Positions 7,913-16,654 are shown, numbered from the stretch's first letter. The stretch: DNA of 32,000 nucleotides from Candidatus Saccharimonadota bacterium (GCA_016699955.1 CP064993.1:510001-542000), one strand, 5' to 3'. A program made the numbers and translations. The notes: generated by a model from the letters alone, not told the origin.

Positions 7913-10025
7913 TGGAAATAGAGACAACAGACAAGAGTCAAGAGACAACAGACCGCGGGGCGGCCAGAATAATGGCAATCAGCGGCGATCAAACCAAAAA
8001 GCACGAATGCCGCAGAACAGCGCTGGTCAAAATGGCCAGGCGACCGAAAAACGGCCGACAGTAAGCCGCGGGGCGGCGGTGCGGGCGCAAAAGCGGACAC
8101 AAATGGATGCACAGCGTGTCGCAAACCACTGGATGCCGGCGCAGGTAGATGAATCAAAACGGGCCAACTTTATAGACGATTCACCGCGCCTGAAGGTTAT
8201 CGGTCTTGGTGGTATGGACGGTGGTGGTTCAAAGAACATGATTCTCGTAGAGTATGTCAACGACGCAGTCGTGATAGATGCCGGCAATGACCTTAGTGTT
8301 GACTTGCCGGGCATTAACTACGGCATTGCCGACACGGCCTACATGGAGACGGTACGCCACAAACTGCGCGCCTACATAATTACCCACGGGCATCTTGACC
8401 ACATAGGTGGTTTGCCGCACATTGTACCAAGGTTTCCAGCGCCTATTTACGGCAGCAAGTTTACGATTGGCCGCGTGCACGAAATATTTGAAAACTTTGG
8501 GCTTCCTATGCCTGACGGGTTTGAGCTACAGACAGTGGAAATGAACGAAAACACGCACGAACGGCTCAAAATCGGCGAATTTTTCGTTGAGCTCGTGCGA
8601 GTGACACACTCCATCCCGGGTAGTACCATTGTGGTGCTCGATACTCCCGTTGGACGTATCATAAACACTGGAGATTTCCGGTTTGACCCGAGCCCACTTG
8701 ATCATGAACGTACCGATATGGAACGCCTGATAGAACTGGGCAACGAAGGTGTACTGGCGCTACTTAGTGAAAGTACCACGGTTGAGCGCATAGGTCGCAC
8801 GCCTTCAGAAAGCACCATCGAGCAGAGCTATGTTGACATTATGAACCAAGCCCCAGGGCGGATATTTGTTGGTGTGTTTAGTACAAACATGAACCGCATA
8901 CAGATGATTGTCAACGCTGCCGTGCACCATGGTCGCAAGGTGGCCATAGACGGCCGCAGCATGGTGAGTACGCTCGAAATGGCGGTCAGGCATGGGTATA
9001 TGAAAATTCCCAAGGGCACGTTTGTTCCGATTGCTTCAGTGCCCGGCTTGAGCGATGATAAGCTCGTCGTGATCTGTACAGGTAGCCAAGGCGAACCTTC
9101 TTCGGCGCTGCAGCGCATGGCAAATGGCGAGCACAGGCATATTAAACTCAAAGAACAAGACACAGTAATCCTTTCTAGCACGCCTATTCCCGAAAGCGGT
9201 AACGACGCGTTAATTGGACAGATGGTCGACGACTTGACCAAGAAAAATGTCCATGTTTTTGAACACCGTAATCACGACCTAGACAATGTTGGGCCACTCC
9301 ATGTTTCTGGGCACGCTAGCCGTGACGAATACGCCGAGATGATTCAAATGACAAAACCAAAGTTTTTCATTCCTATCTACGGCGCATACCGTGTCAAGCA
9401 GCGTCACATAGAACTCGCTGTGGAGCAGGGGATTCCGCGCGCAAACTGCCTCAATGCCCTAAACGGGGAAGTCATTGCTCTGACACCCGATAAAATGGAA
9501 GTTATTGGCGAAGTGCCTTCCGGAACCATTTTGGTTGACCAAACCGGTGCACTTGTAAGTAATGTCGTGGTAAAAGACAGGGTACTTTTAGCAGAAGAAG
9601 GCCTGGTGGCAGTGGTTATAACGGTAGATAAAAGAACTGGTGGTCTTATGACCAGCCCAGATATTATTAGCCGCGGGTTTATATATATGCGTGAGCAAGA
9701 GGAAATTATGAATGGCTTACGAAATGAGGTGCGCCGCGCTGTACAGCAACGGTTCAAGCGCATAGACATTGATCGGTTTAAGGCAGAAATAAAAGACCAC
9801 ATTACGCACTACCTCTTTGAGCAGACTGGTCGTAGCCCCATTGTCATACCAGTTGTAAATATACTTGGAGGCAAAAGTGAAAAACCCGCAGCGGCAGGGC
9901 GTGCAGCAGACAGCGAAAAGCCTGTCGAGAAAGTAAAAACATCTGAGGAAATTGCCGCCGAACAGCAAGCTCGTTTCCAGGCCATGCGTGAACGTCTCCT
10001 GAACCAAGACCCCCGCGTTGACTAG
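7902..10025 (+). CDS. rnj: ribonuclease J (metallo-beta-lactamase / beta-CASP) with disordered N- and C-terminal extensions
   Basis: Motifs HGHLDHIGG, TGDFRFD and HVSGHASRDE are present. The first ~90 aa are rich in R/N/Q/G (MENNGNRDNRQESRDNRPRGGQNNGNQRRSNQ...). Confidence 0.9.
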   Translation: MENNGNRDNRQESRDNRPRGGQNNGNQRRSNQKARMPQNSAGQNGQATEKRPTVSRGAAVRAQKRTQMDAQRVANHWMPAQVDESKRANFIDDSPRLKVIGLGGMDGGGSKNMILVEYVNDAVVIDAGNDLSVDLPGINYGIADTAYMETVRHKLRAYIITHGHLDHIGGLPHIVPRFPAPIYGSKFTIGRVHEIFENFGLPMPDGFELQTVEMNENTHERLKIGEFFVELVRVTHSIPGSTIVVLDTPVGRIINTGDFRFDPSPLDHERTDMERLIELGNEGVLALLSESTTVERIGRTPSESTIEQSYVDIMNQAPGRIFVGVFSTNMNRIQMIVNAAVHHGRKVAIDGRSMVSTLEMAVRHGYMKIPKGTFVPIASVPGLSDDKLVVICTGSQGEPSSALQRMANGEHRHIKLKEQDTVILSSTPIPESGNDALIGQMVDDLTKKNVHVFEHRNHDLDNVGPLHVSGHASRDEYAEMIQMTKPKFFIPIYGAYRVKQRHIELAVEQGIPRANCLNALNGEVIALTPDKMEVIGEVPSGTILVDQTGALVSNVVVKDRVLLAEEGLVAVVITVDKRTGGLMTSPDIISRGFIYMREQEEIMNGLRNEVRRAVQQRFKRIDIDRFKAEIKDHITHYLFEQTGRSPIVIPVVNILGGKSEKPAAAGRAADSEKPVEKVKTSEEIAAEQQARFQAMRERLLNQDPRVD

Positions 10026-10057
10026 CCCCGCAGGAGTACCTAAAACCATAACTACTA

Positions 10058-10086
10058 TTGACAAAACGTCAATAATTCGCTAACAT
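10058..10086 (+). promoter_or_regulatory. near-consensus sigma70-type promoter: TTGACA, 17-nt spacer, TAACAT
   Basis: -35 at 10058-10063 and -10 at 10081-10086. The ATG at 10094 is only 7 nt downstream and has no Shine-Dalgarno. Confidence 0.6.
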
Positions 10087-10093
10087 ATGTATC

Positions 10094-10474
10094 ATGTCTT
10101 TTCGTAGAAAAAAAACAAACACTCCAGCCGGACATACAAGGGGTAATAACGTATGGGATGACGAATATACAACTTACCCAAGGACCGGCGAGGATCTTAA
10201 AGCAGCGCTCAAAGTTGCATGGCTGTCTGGGTGGAATACGGCCCCACAGATCGCTGCTGTATTAGGCGTCGATGAGATGTTAAAGGGTCGTACGGGGCAT
10301 TGTTACCCACGTACTCCAGGAGATGAGCAGGCAGCGAGACAAGCTGAAGCATTTGGCGCATACAAAGCGGTGGTTACAGGTATCGGCGATATGGCCATCG
10401 AGGGAGTGCCTGGCAACACAAGATCCACCGCAGGTCCACAAGATTCCATACCACAAGATTGCGCCCGCGAGTAA
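10094..10474 (+). CDS. hypothetical protein (126 aa), possible HTH segment
   Basis: An ORF directly behind a strong promoter. SGWNTAPQIAAVLGVDEMLKG looks HTH-like. I recognise no family. Confidence 0.45.
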   Translation: MSFRRKKTNTPAGHTRGNNVWDDEYTTYPRTGEDLKAALKVAWLSGWNTAPQIAAVLGVDEMLKGRTGHCYPRTPGDEQAARQAEAFGAYKAVVTGIGDMAIEGVPGNTRSTAGPQDSIPQDCARE

Positions 10475-10526
10475 TGTACACAGATTATCTTACGCAATTC
10501 GCAAAACAGTTTAAGGCTTGGTTATC

Positions 10527-10814
10527 ATGACAAATGTAAATCCTCAAACTTCTCCCAGGCCGCCAGATGTCTGGCTTGCTGCCGAAGCAGGGGGTGATGA
10601 GCGACTGGAGAAGCTATTGGGTTTAAAGGAAGAGTTGATGTGGTGGCTAGGCGGGATTAGAGGGGGTGAATTACTTGGAACGGTGGAAGTTGTTGAAGCT
10701 GCAGTTGATTACACACATAGCAATATACACAGGCGCCAGCGTTCACTGGACATTGACCCAAGCGCTGGAGGACCGACCAGCTATGCTCAGGAGAGTAGAC
10801 CAGAACACGAATAA
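10527..10814 (+). CDS. hypothetical protein (~95 aa)
   Basis: The track ORF starts at TTG 10518. ATG 10527 lies 10 nt after AAGG (10513-10516). I recognise no family. Confidence 0.4.
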   Translation: MTNVNPQTSPRPPDVWLAAEAGGDERLEKLLGLKEELMWWLGGIRGGELLGTVEVVEAAVDYTHSNIHRRQRSLDIDPSAGGPTSYAQESRPEHE

Positions 10815-10818
10815 ACAG

Positions 10819-10824
10819 TATAAT
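10819..10824 (+). promoter_or_regulatory. TATAAT -10 box 10 nt upstream of the ftsK ATG
   Basis: The sequence reads acagTATAATcaaaagcgttATG, and TAGACC lies at the -35 distance. Confidence 0.4.
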
Positions 10825-10834
10825 CAAAAGCGTT

Positions 10835-13096
10835 ATGGCAAAAAAGAAAAAACAAAGTAGAAAAAAAGTTGCAAAACCAGTAGTACGCGAGCCGTCACCT
10901 GTGATGGGCTATGTGCTAGCTGTTGTGTTTGTGCTGTCCGCACTGTTTATTTTCCTAGGTGGGTTTAACGCCGGCGGTAGTCTACCAAAAGGTCTATTTG
11001 GTGCCATGAGCTGGCTGTTTGGTTGGGGTGCCTGGCTGGTGCCTATCAGCCTTCTTTATTGGGGGTTCTACAAATTTACTAATGATGATCACCGAGTACC
11101 TCGTGGGCGCGTTTTTAGCATGTATATGTATCTTGTGCTCATGTCCGCATGGTTTTTTACCGCCTTTGCCAGCACACACGAAGAACCAGGTTTGGCGACT
11201 CAGACGGTTGGCGGTAACGGTGGTCACATCGGCGTCGCAGTCGGCGATGCCGTGCTTGCTGCGCTCGATAAGGTGCCGGCCAGTCTGTTGTTTTTTGCAT
11301 TTGGCCTACTGACGTTTTTCTTTGCATTTGGCATATCACCCAAAGTACTACTGAATCTTGGCAGACTGTTTCATCGCCGTGCGGTCGAGGAGGAGGGTGA
11401 GCTAGCTGCCTTAAAAGCAAAGGCCGCCGAAACGGGCTTCCAGCTTAACGAGGGCGTGCCAGTAGTGAAGCACAGTGAGGGTATGTTTACGAAAGAGCAA
11501 ATTCATCATGCGTCTTTCAAAAACACGGCCGCAAAACTTTCTGCAAATGAAAGCCACGAAGCCCTGACAACGACAAGCGATCCCGGCTGGGTGCTGCCGA
11601 GCATAGAGCTGCTAGACCAAAAGCAAGACAAAGCAGACGCTGGCAATGTCGAAGGAAATGCACGGATTATCAAAGAAACCTTCGCCAACTTTGCTATAGA
11701 TGTCGAAATGGAAGGGGCAAACATTGGCCCCCGGGTGACACAGTATACGCTGCGACCACCCACCGGAGTTAAACTGACCAAAATTACTGCGCTTGAAAAC
11801 AACCTTGCGCTTGACTTGGCCGCTACAACCATTCGCATGGAGGCGCCTATTCCAGGTAAGCGGGCGGTCGGTATAGAGGTACCAAATGTCAAAGGCGCTA
11901 CTGTGCGCCTAAGCTCAATTTTTCAGTCGCGCGGGTGGGCAGAGAGCACAGGTCCTCTCACCTTTGCTATTGGTAAAGACATTGTTGGGAAATCGGTAGT
12001 GGCAGATTTGGCTCGTATGCCGCACTTGCTCGTGGCAGGGCAGACTGGTTCGGGTAAGTCTGTCATGATAAACGACATATTGACCAGCTTGCTGTACCGC
12101 AACAGCCCAAGTGACCTCAAACTTATACTCGTCGATCCGAAGCAAGTTGAGCTGACACCGTACAATGACCTCCCGCACCTCTTAACGCCAGTAATACATG
12201 AGCCTGAAAAGTGCATATCGGCACTCAAATGGGCGGTGGCAGAAATGGAACGCCGCCTGCGTACCATGGCAGAAGTTAGCAAGCGAAATATAGAAGAGTA
12301 CAACAAAATCAAACCAGATGAAAAAATGCCATATGTTGTCATTGTCATTGATGAGCTCTCTGACCTTATGATGATGGCGGCTCGAGATGTGGAAGCACTT
12401 GTTGTCCGCATTGCCCAAAAAGCTCGTGCGGCAGGCATACACCTGATACTCGCAACCCAGCGCCCCAGTGTGAATGTAATAACGGGGCTGATAAAAGCTA
12501 ACGTTCCGGCTCGAATTGCCTTCACCACGGTGAGCCAGGTAGACAGCCGCACCATAATTGATCAAATGGGAGCCGAAAAACTCTTGGGGCGAGGGGATAT
12601 GCTTTATCAGACGTCTGATATGCCGGCCCCAAAGCGCGTTCAAGCAGCTTTTGTCAGTGACGGCGAATCAATGAAGGTAAACGACTTTATCCGCGAGCAG
12701 CGTGCACCGGACTACAACGATGAGGTTGTCAGTCAGCCGGTGCAGATTGGTAAGGGTGGTGTTGTGGTCACGGATGACCACGGCAGTAATGCAGACGAAG
12801 ACATGTTCCGCGATGCAGTGCGTGTGGTCATAGATAGCCGCAAAGCATCCACTTCGTTGCTACAACGTCGCCTACGTATTGGCTATGGGCGTGCGGCGCG
12901 GCTCATGGAAGAAATGGAAGAGCAGGGCATAATAGGCGCAGCAGACGGCAGCCGACCACGAGATGTATTGGTGAGTAGCTTAGATCAAGTATTTGGCGGC
13001 GGAGCTACTGCAAATGGTGATGAATCTGGCTCAGACCTCGACGAATATGGTGTTCCCGTTGAACCCAACGATCGCGACGAATACCTCGCTCGGTAG
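10835..13096 (+). CDS. ftsK: DNA translocase FtsK/SpoIIIE
   Basis: N-terminal TM helices, Walker A GQTGSGKS, Walker B VIVIDELSDLMM, and a gamma (winged-helix) domain LLQRRLRIGYGRAARLMEEMEEQGI. Confidence 0.95.
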   Translation: MAKKKKQSRKKVAKPVVREPSPVMGYVLAVVFVLSALFIFLGGFNAGGSLPKGLFGAMSWLFGWGAWLVPISLLYWGFYKFTNDDHRVPRGRVFSMYMYLVLMSAWFFTAFASTHEEPGLATQTVGGNGGHIGVAVGDAVLAALDKVPASLLFFAFGLLTFFFAFGISPKVLLNLGRLFHRRAVEEEGELAALKAKAAETGFQLNEGVPVVKHSEGMFTKEQIHHASFKNTAAKLSANESHEALTTTSDPGWVLPSIELLDQKQDKADAGNVEGNARIIKETFANFAIDVEMEGANIGPRVTQYTLRPPTGVKLTKITALENNLALDLAATTIRMEAPIPGKRAVGIEVPNVKGATVRLSSIFQSRGWAESTGPLTFAIGKDIVGKSVVADLARMPHLLVAGQTGSGKSVMINDILTSLLYRNSPSDLKLILVDPKQVELTPYNDLPHLLTPVIHEPEKCISALKWAVAEMERRLRTMAEVSKRNIEEYNKIKPDEKMPYVVIVIDELSDLMMMAARDVEALVVRIAQKARAAGIHLILATQRPSVNVITGLIKANVPARIAFTTVSQVDSRTIIDQMGAEKLLGRGDMLYQTSDMPAPKRVQAAFVSDGESMKVNDFIREQRAPDYNDEVVSQPVQIGKGGVVVTDDHGSNADEDMFRDAVRVVIDSRKASTSLLQRRLRIGYGRAARLMEEMEEQGIIGAADGSRPRDVLVSSLDQVFGGGATANGDESGSDLDEYGVPVEPNDRDEYLAR

Positions 13097-13129
13097 CACT
13101 TTTATTGCTCAATGGTGTAGAGCTATAAT

Positions 13130-13410
13130 TATGGTGACTGCAACAAATGTATTCAATTTTGGTCGGGCCACTTATATATTTTGTTGTGGGCAGTGCAACG
13201 GTTCGATTTTGAATAACAGATTGGGATAGAGAATTTTACTACACATTTTGCTTGCGTTTTGAATTTTGCGGGTCTACCATGGAGTTAAAACAAACAAGCC
13301 AAATGGAGCGAGGTGGTGAAATAGTCGTACTGTATTGAGAGACTACAACGCGACTACATCATCTCCCTCCAGGCTCAAATAAATTAACACCTGCTAGAGC
13401 AGGTTTTTTT
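13130..13410 (+). ncRNA. candidate small RNA or long ftsK 3' UTR ending at an orphan terminator
   Basis: The 407-bp gap has no ORF of 60 aa or more on either strand. A possible promoter is TTTATT-17-TATAAT (about 13102-13130). An internal stem GGAGCGAG / CTCCCTCC encloses a TAGTCG/CGACTA hairpin. The region ends in a strong terminator. Confidence 0.25.
13389..13410 (+). terminator. rho-independent terminator
   Basis: ACCTGC-TAGA-GCAGGT followed by T7; it lies 293 nt downstream of the ftsK stop. Confidence 0.75.
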
Positions 13411-13411
13411 G

Positions 13412-13440
13412 TTGACCGGATAAAGATATTACGCTATAAT
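13412..13440 (+). promoter_or_regulatory. rpsF operon promoter: TTGACC, 17-nt spacer, TATAAT
   Basis: -35 at 13412-13417 and -10 at 13435-13440. A ~57-nt leader with Shine-Dalgarno AAAGGAG follows. Confidence 0.65.
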
Positions 13441-13503
13441 TTTCAGTACTATCAACTCAACTTGCATCTTCAGGAGTGCAGGTTTTAACCAAAGGAGTGT
13501 TTC

Positions 13504-13881
13504 GTGAATAATTACGAAATAGCAATTCTTTTTGACCCAGGTCTAGAAGTAGACTTGGATCAAGCGACCAAAAAGGTCGAAAAAATATTTACAGACAATG
13601 GCGGTAAGGTTGCCAAAGTTGACAACTGGGGCAAGAAAAAACTTGCCTACGTAATTAAAAAACACGATAGTGCCGTCTACGTTTTTTATACAGTTGACTT
13701 GCCGGGTGAAGGCGTGCGCAAAGTAGAATATACACTGAACATTACGGACGAAGTAATACGGTTTTTGATTGTGCGACCTGACGAGAAAAAGATTGCCAAA
13801 GCTGAGGCTGAAAAAGCGCGCAAGGCAGAGCAAGCAAATAAACGTGGCGACCGTGAAGACAAGGAAGAGGAAGAGGAATAA
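13504..13881 (+). CDS. rpsF: 30S ribosomal protein S6 (GTG start, acidic C-terminal tail)
   Basis: MNNYEIAILFDPGLE...KLAYVIKKHDSAVYVFY, ending in the tail ...REDKEEEEE. Confidence 0.92.
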   Translation: MNNYEIAILFDPGLEVDLDQATKKVEKIFTDNGGKVAKVDNWGKKKLAYVIKKHDSAVYVFYTVDLPGEGVRKVEYTLNITDEVIRFLIVRPDEKKIAKAEAEKARKAEQANKRGDREDKEEEEE

Positions 13882-13884
13882 ACT

Positions 13885-14088
13885 ATGGCGAAGATTTTTA
13901 AACACCGAACAGACGTTGCTTATTTTGACTACAAAGATTTCAAAACGTTGCAGCGCTATGTAGACCAGTACGGTCGCATAGAGTCCCGCAAAAAAACAGG
14001 CCTCACTGAATCTGAGCAACGCCATCTAGCAGTTGCGATTAAGCGAGCACGACATATTGCACTTCTGCCATTTGTGGCAACTGCCTAG
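13885..14088 (+). CDS. rpsR: 30S ribosomal protein S18
   Basis: [50 protein letters not shown]. Confidence 0.92.
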   Translation: MAKIFKHRTDVAYFDYKDFKTLQRYVDQYGRIESRKKTGLTESEQRHLAVAIKRARHIALLPFVATA

Positions 14089-14096
14089 AGCAGGTT
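14080..14096 (+). terminator. weak hairpin overlapping the rpsR stop, possible attenuator
   Basis: CAACTGC-CTAGA-GCAGGTTG shares the 12-mer CTAGAGCAGGTT with the terminator at 13394-13405. It lacks a clean T-run. Confidence 0.3.
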
Positions 14097-14193
14097 GATC
14101 TTTGATCTACGGCAGTTTGCATTGATTAAACGTATTCACGAGACCGGCCAAGAAACGATCAACGATTAATGTAAAATAATCAATCTGCCTTGA

Positions 14194-14216
14194 CGTACGC
14201 CAGCTACGGGCGTACG
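14194..14216 (+). promoter_or_regulatory. perfect 8-bp stem hairpin in the rpsR-ssb spacer
   Basis: CGTACGCC-AGCTACG-GGCGTACG. TTGACG at 14190-14195 overlaps its 5' arm. Confidence 0.3.
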
Positions 14217-14269
14217 GTGAGTAGTACAAATTAATGAGGACGTAGTTTCCTCGGAGGGGAGTTGCTGTT

Positions 14270-14746
14270 GTGGCACGTAGTTTCAACCAAGTAATCTTAA
14301 TGGGGAATCTCACTCGGGATCCAGAGCTCAGGCAAACGCCAAACGGCCAGAATGTCTGTAGTTTTTCACTTGCTCTTAACAGGGCTTACAAGAGCGCTGA
14401 TGGCGAATGGCAGGAAGCGACTGACTATGTTGATGTTGTCGCCTGGGGGCCACTGGGCGAGCGCGTAGCACAGTATTTGAACAAGGGCAGCCAGTGTTTG
14501 GTCAATGGTCGCTTGCAATCTCGCAGTTGGGAGCAGGAGGGTCAAAAACGCAGTAAAGTTGAGGTCAATGCTCAGGATGTTACATTTTTGGGTGGACGCG
14601 GCGGAGATGCCGGCAACGGTAATAACCAAAATACCAACTCAAACAGCGGCAGTTCAACTAGTCGACCAGCGGCAAAGAAAAAAGACGATGTAGTAATTGA
14701 GGATGTTGGTGACGAGCCAATCAACCTCGATGACATACCGTTTTAG
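14270..14746 (+). CDS. ssb: single-stranded DNA-binding protein (GTG start)
   Basis: ARSFNQVILMGNLTRDPELRQTPNGQNVCSFSLALNR..., a Gly/Asn-rich linker, and the acidic tip DEPINLDDIPF. Shine-Dalgarno GGAGGGGA at 14253-14260. Confidence 0.93.
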   Translation: MARSFNQVILMGNLTRDPELRQTPNGQNVCSFSLALNRAYKSADGEWQEATDYVDVVAWGPLGERVAQYLNKGSQCLVNGRLQSRSWEQEGQKRSKVEVNAQDVTFLGGRGGDAGNGNNQNTNSNSGSSTSRPAAKKKDDVVIEDVGDEPINLDDIPF

Positions 14747-14752
14747 CCGTCC

Positions 14753-15076
14753 ATGCGTGAATCACTCACCAGTGTCATGCTGCAGCTTGAGCGGGGAGTA
14801 AAAGTAACTCTTCGTGATGTCGATATAGAGAGCGTGCCAAGGGATCAAAGAGAGTATATGGCAAAGCTTAAGCACGCTCTAAACGAAATCAGACTTGATG
14901 TTCGCGACTATGAATATGCCGAAACCCGTGACGAACAGCTACGGTGGGCAAAAATTGGCCAGCATAATCTGCGAGTTCTGAACACCTTGATACTTCGGCT
15001 CGACAGTGTTTTCGGCCCAGCAGATGTTGCCGAAATTGGCGCACGCATAGACTTTCTCCAAACAGCGCTTGTGTAA
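14753..15076 (+). CDS. hypothetical protein (107 aa), apparently helical
   Basis: The ORF starts 6 nt after ssb in the same orientation. I recognise no family. Confidence 0.45.
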   Translation: MRESLTSVMLQLERGVKVTLRDVDIESVPRDQREYMAKLKHALNEIRLDVRDYEYAETRDEQLRWAKIGQHNLRVLNTLILRLDSVFGPADVAEIGARIDFLQTALV

Positions 15077-15201
15077 TTTTACCCAAGCGAGCGAGAACGA
15101 AACCTCTAGCGCTTAGATTAAGGTAAATCGGTGGTGGTATTGTGTTAACAGAGGTGGTATACTGTTTTTTAAGCATATACTGAGCTCACAAAGGAGAACA
15201 A

Positions 15202-15768
15202 ATGGCATTGTCGATTACTAACCTCAAAAAAGGTGTGGTGTTTCAGCTGGACGGTGAACCGTATCGGGTTGTTGAGTATAATCAGAAAGTAATGGGACGT
15301 GGCGGTAGTATTGTAAATGTACGTGTTCGCAGTTTGTTGGACGGAAAGGTTCTAGAGAAGACATTTAAAGGCAATGAGCAGCTTGAAACAGCCGATGTTT
15401 CCAACCAAACCGTGCAGTACCTGTACAGTGATGGCACGATTTTCCATTTTATGAATCAAGAAAGCTTTGAGCAGTTTGAAGTCAGCAATGAGCTGATGGG
15501 CGACGGCGCAGGCTACATAAAAGAGGGTGACATGGTCAATCTGCAGTTTTTTAACGGTGTGCCGATAAACGTTGAACTGCCCAAAAACGTACCGCTGCTG
15601 GTCACTTACACTGAACATGCAGTGAAAGGCGACACAAGCAGCTCCATCACAAAAGATGCAACGCTCGAAACAGGCATCACCATAAAAGTACCGGCCTTTA
15701 TTAAACAAGGCGACGTTATCTCGGTAGACACAAGCAACGGCGCCTACCGTGAGCGCGTAAAGGAGTAG
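15202..15768 (+). CDS. efp: elongation factor P (Arg at the modification-loop tip)
   Basis: GEPYRVVEYNQKVMGRGGSIVNVRVRSL...; Shine-Dalgarno AAAGGAGA upstream. Confidence 0.93.
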   Translation: MALSITNLKKGVVFQLDGEPYRVVEYNQKVMGRGGSIVNVRVRSLLDGKVLEKTFKGNEQLETADVSNQTVQYLYSDGTIFHFMNQESFEQFEVSNELMGDGAGYIKEGDMVNLQFFNGVPINVELPKNVPLLVTYTEHAVKGDTSSSITKDATLETGITIKVPAFIKQGDVISVDTSNGAYRERVKE

Positions 15769-15772
15769 CTTC

Positions 15773-16552
15773 GTGAAACGACGTCTTGATGTAGAGCTTG
15801 CCGCTCGAGGGCTCGTTGCTTCTCGGTCGCAGGCAGAGTCATACATACGCCTTGGTAAAATTAAGGTAAATGGACGCGTGATAACAAAGGCAGGATTTTT
15901 AGCTGCCGCAGAAGACTCGTTACAGATCTCTCAGGAAGAGCAGTACGTTAGCCGAGCGGCGCTGAAGCTAAAAAGTGCTGATGATGTGTTTGGTATTGAA
16001 TGGCAGGGTAAAACAGTTTTGGACGTAGGCAGTAGCACGGGTGGCTTCACGCAGTATGCGCTGCTGCACGGCGCGCAAAAGGTCATTGCGGTTGATGTCG
16101 GTACTGACCAACTGCACCCAAGCCTGCGTAATGATAGCCGGATTGAATTATATGAAAAAACTGACATCAGAGATGTGCAAAAAATGAATGATATACCGCT
16201 CCGGAAGCAAAAAAACTCGCAGCCAACGACATCCGTCATCCTTAACTCACCAGTTGATATTGTGCTCGCAGACGTTAGCTTCATAAGTTTAAGAGAAATT
16301 CTTCCGACAGTTTCCAAGCTCGTGACTTCAGACTCGCAACTAATCATTATGGTTAAACCGCAGTTTGAGGCGGGGCAAAGCAATCTTAAGCATAAAGGGG
16401 TTATAAAAAATGACCGAATGCGCCGGGACATACTAAAAGAATTTGAAATATGGGTACAAGACAAGTTCAAAATTTTGGATAAAAAAGATTCGGAAGTGGC
16501 TGGCGGCAAAGGAAATGTTGAGCGATTTTATTTACTTAAAAAACTTTCGTAA
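15773..16552 (+). CDS. tlyA: TlyA-family rRNA 2'-O-methyltransferase (S4 domain plus FtsJ-like MTase), GTG start
   Basis: RRLDVELAARGLVASRSQAESYIRLGKIKVNGRVITKAG (S4 domain) and VLDVGSSTGGFTQYALLHGAQKVIAVDVG (SAM-binding motif). Confidence 0.88.
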   Translation: MKRRLDVELAARGLVASRSQAESYIRLGKIKVNGRVITKAGFLAAAEDSLQISQEEQYVSRAALKLKSADDVFGIEWQGKTVLDVGSSTGGFTQYALLHGAQKVIAVDVGTDQLHPSLRNDSRIELYEKTDIRDVQKMNDIPLRKQKNSQPTTSVILNSPVDIVLADVSFISLREILPTVSKLVTSDSQLIIMVKPQFEAGQSNLKHKGVIKNDRMRRDILKEFEIWVQDKFKILDKKDSEVAGGKGNVERFYLLKKLS

Positions 16553-16654
16553 ACTGCCTACTGAATCACTCGCGAATGGCTCTGGAGGAAGTGCGAGTTT
16601 GTGTAATCTTGTTCGGTGCAAGCACCACTGTTAGAGGCTTCAGATGTTAGGCGA

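Noticed and set aside
4724-13096. Dozens of 60-210-aa track ORFs nested inside or antisense to pnp, rnj and ftsK, for example 5092..5379, 6586..6867, 8828..9241, 9404..9802 and 11923..12555.
   Set aside because: They lie wholly within long genes that have unmistakable conserved motifs. Their translations are low-complexity, rich in Ser/Arg/Ala/Thr, which is typical of off-frame reading of coding DNA.
13195-13225. A T-loop-like GGTTCGATT, which might indicate a tRNA or tmRNA in the ftsK-rpsF gap.
   Set aside because: The flanking bases cannot form a 5-bp T-stem. I could not build an acceptor or anticodon arm, and there is no tmRNA 5' GGGG... or 3' CCA context.
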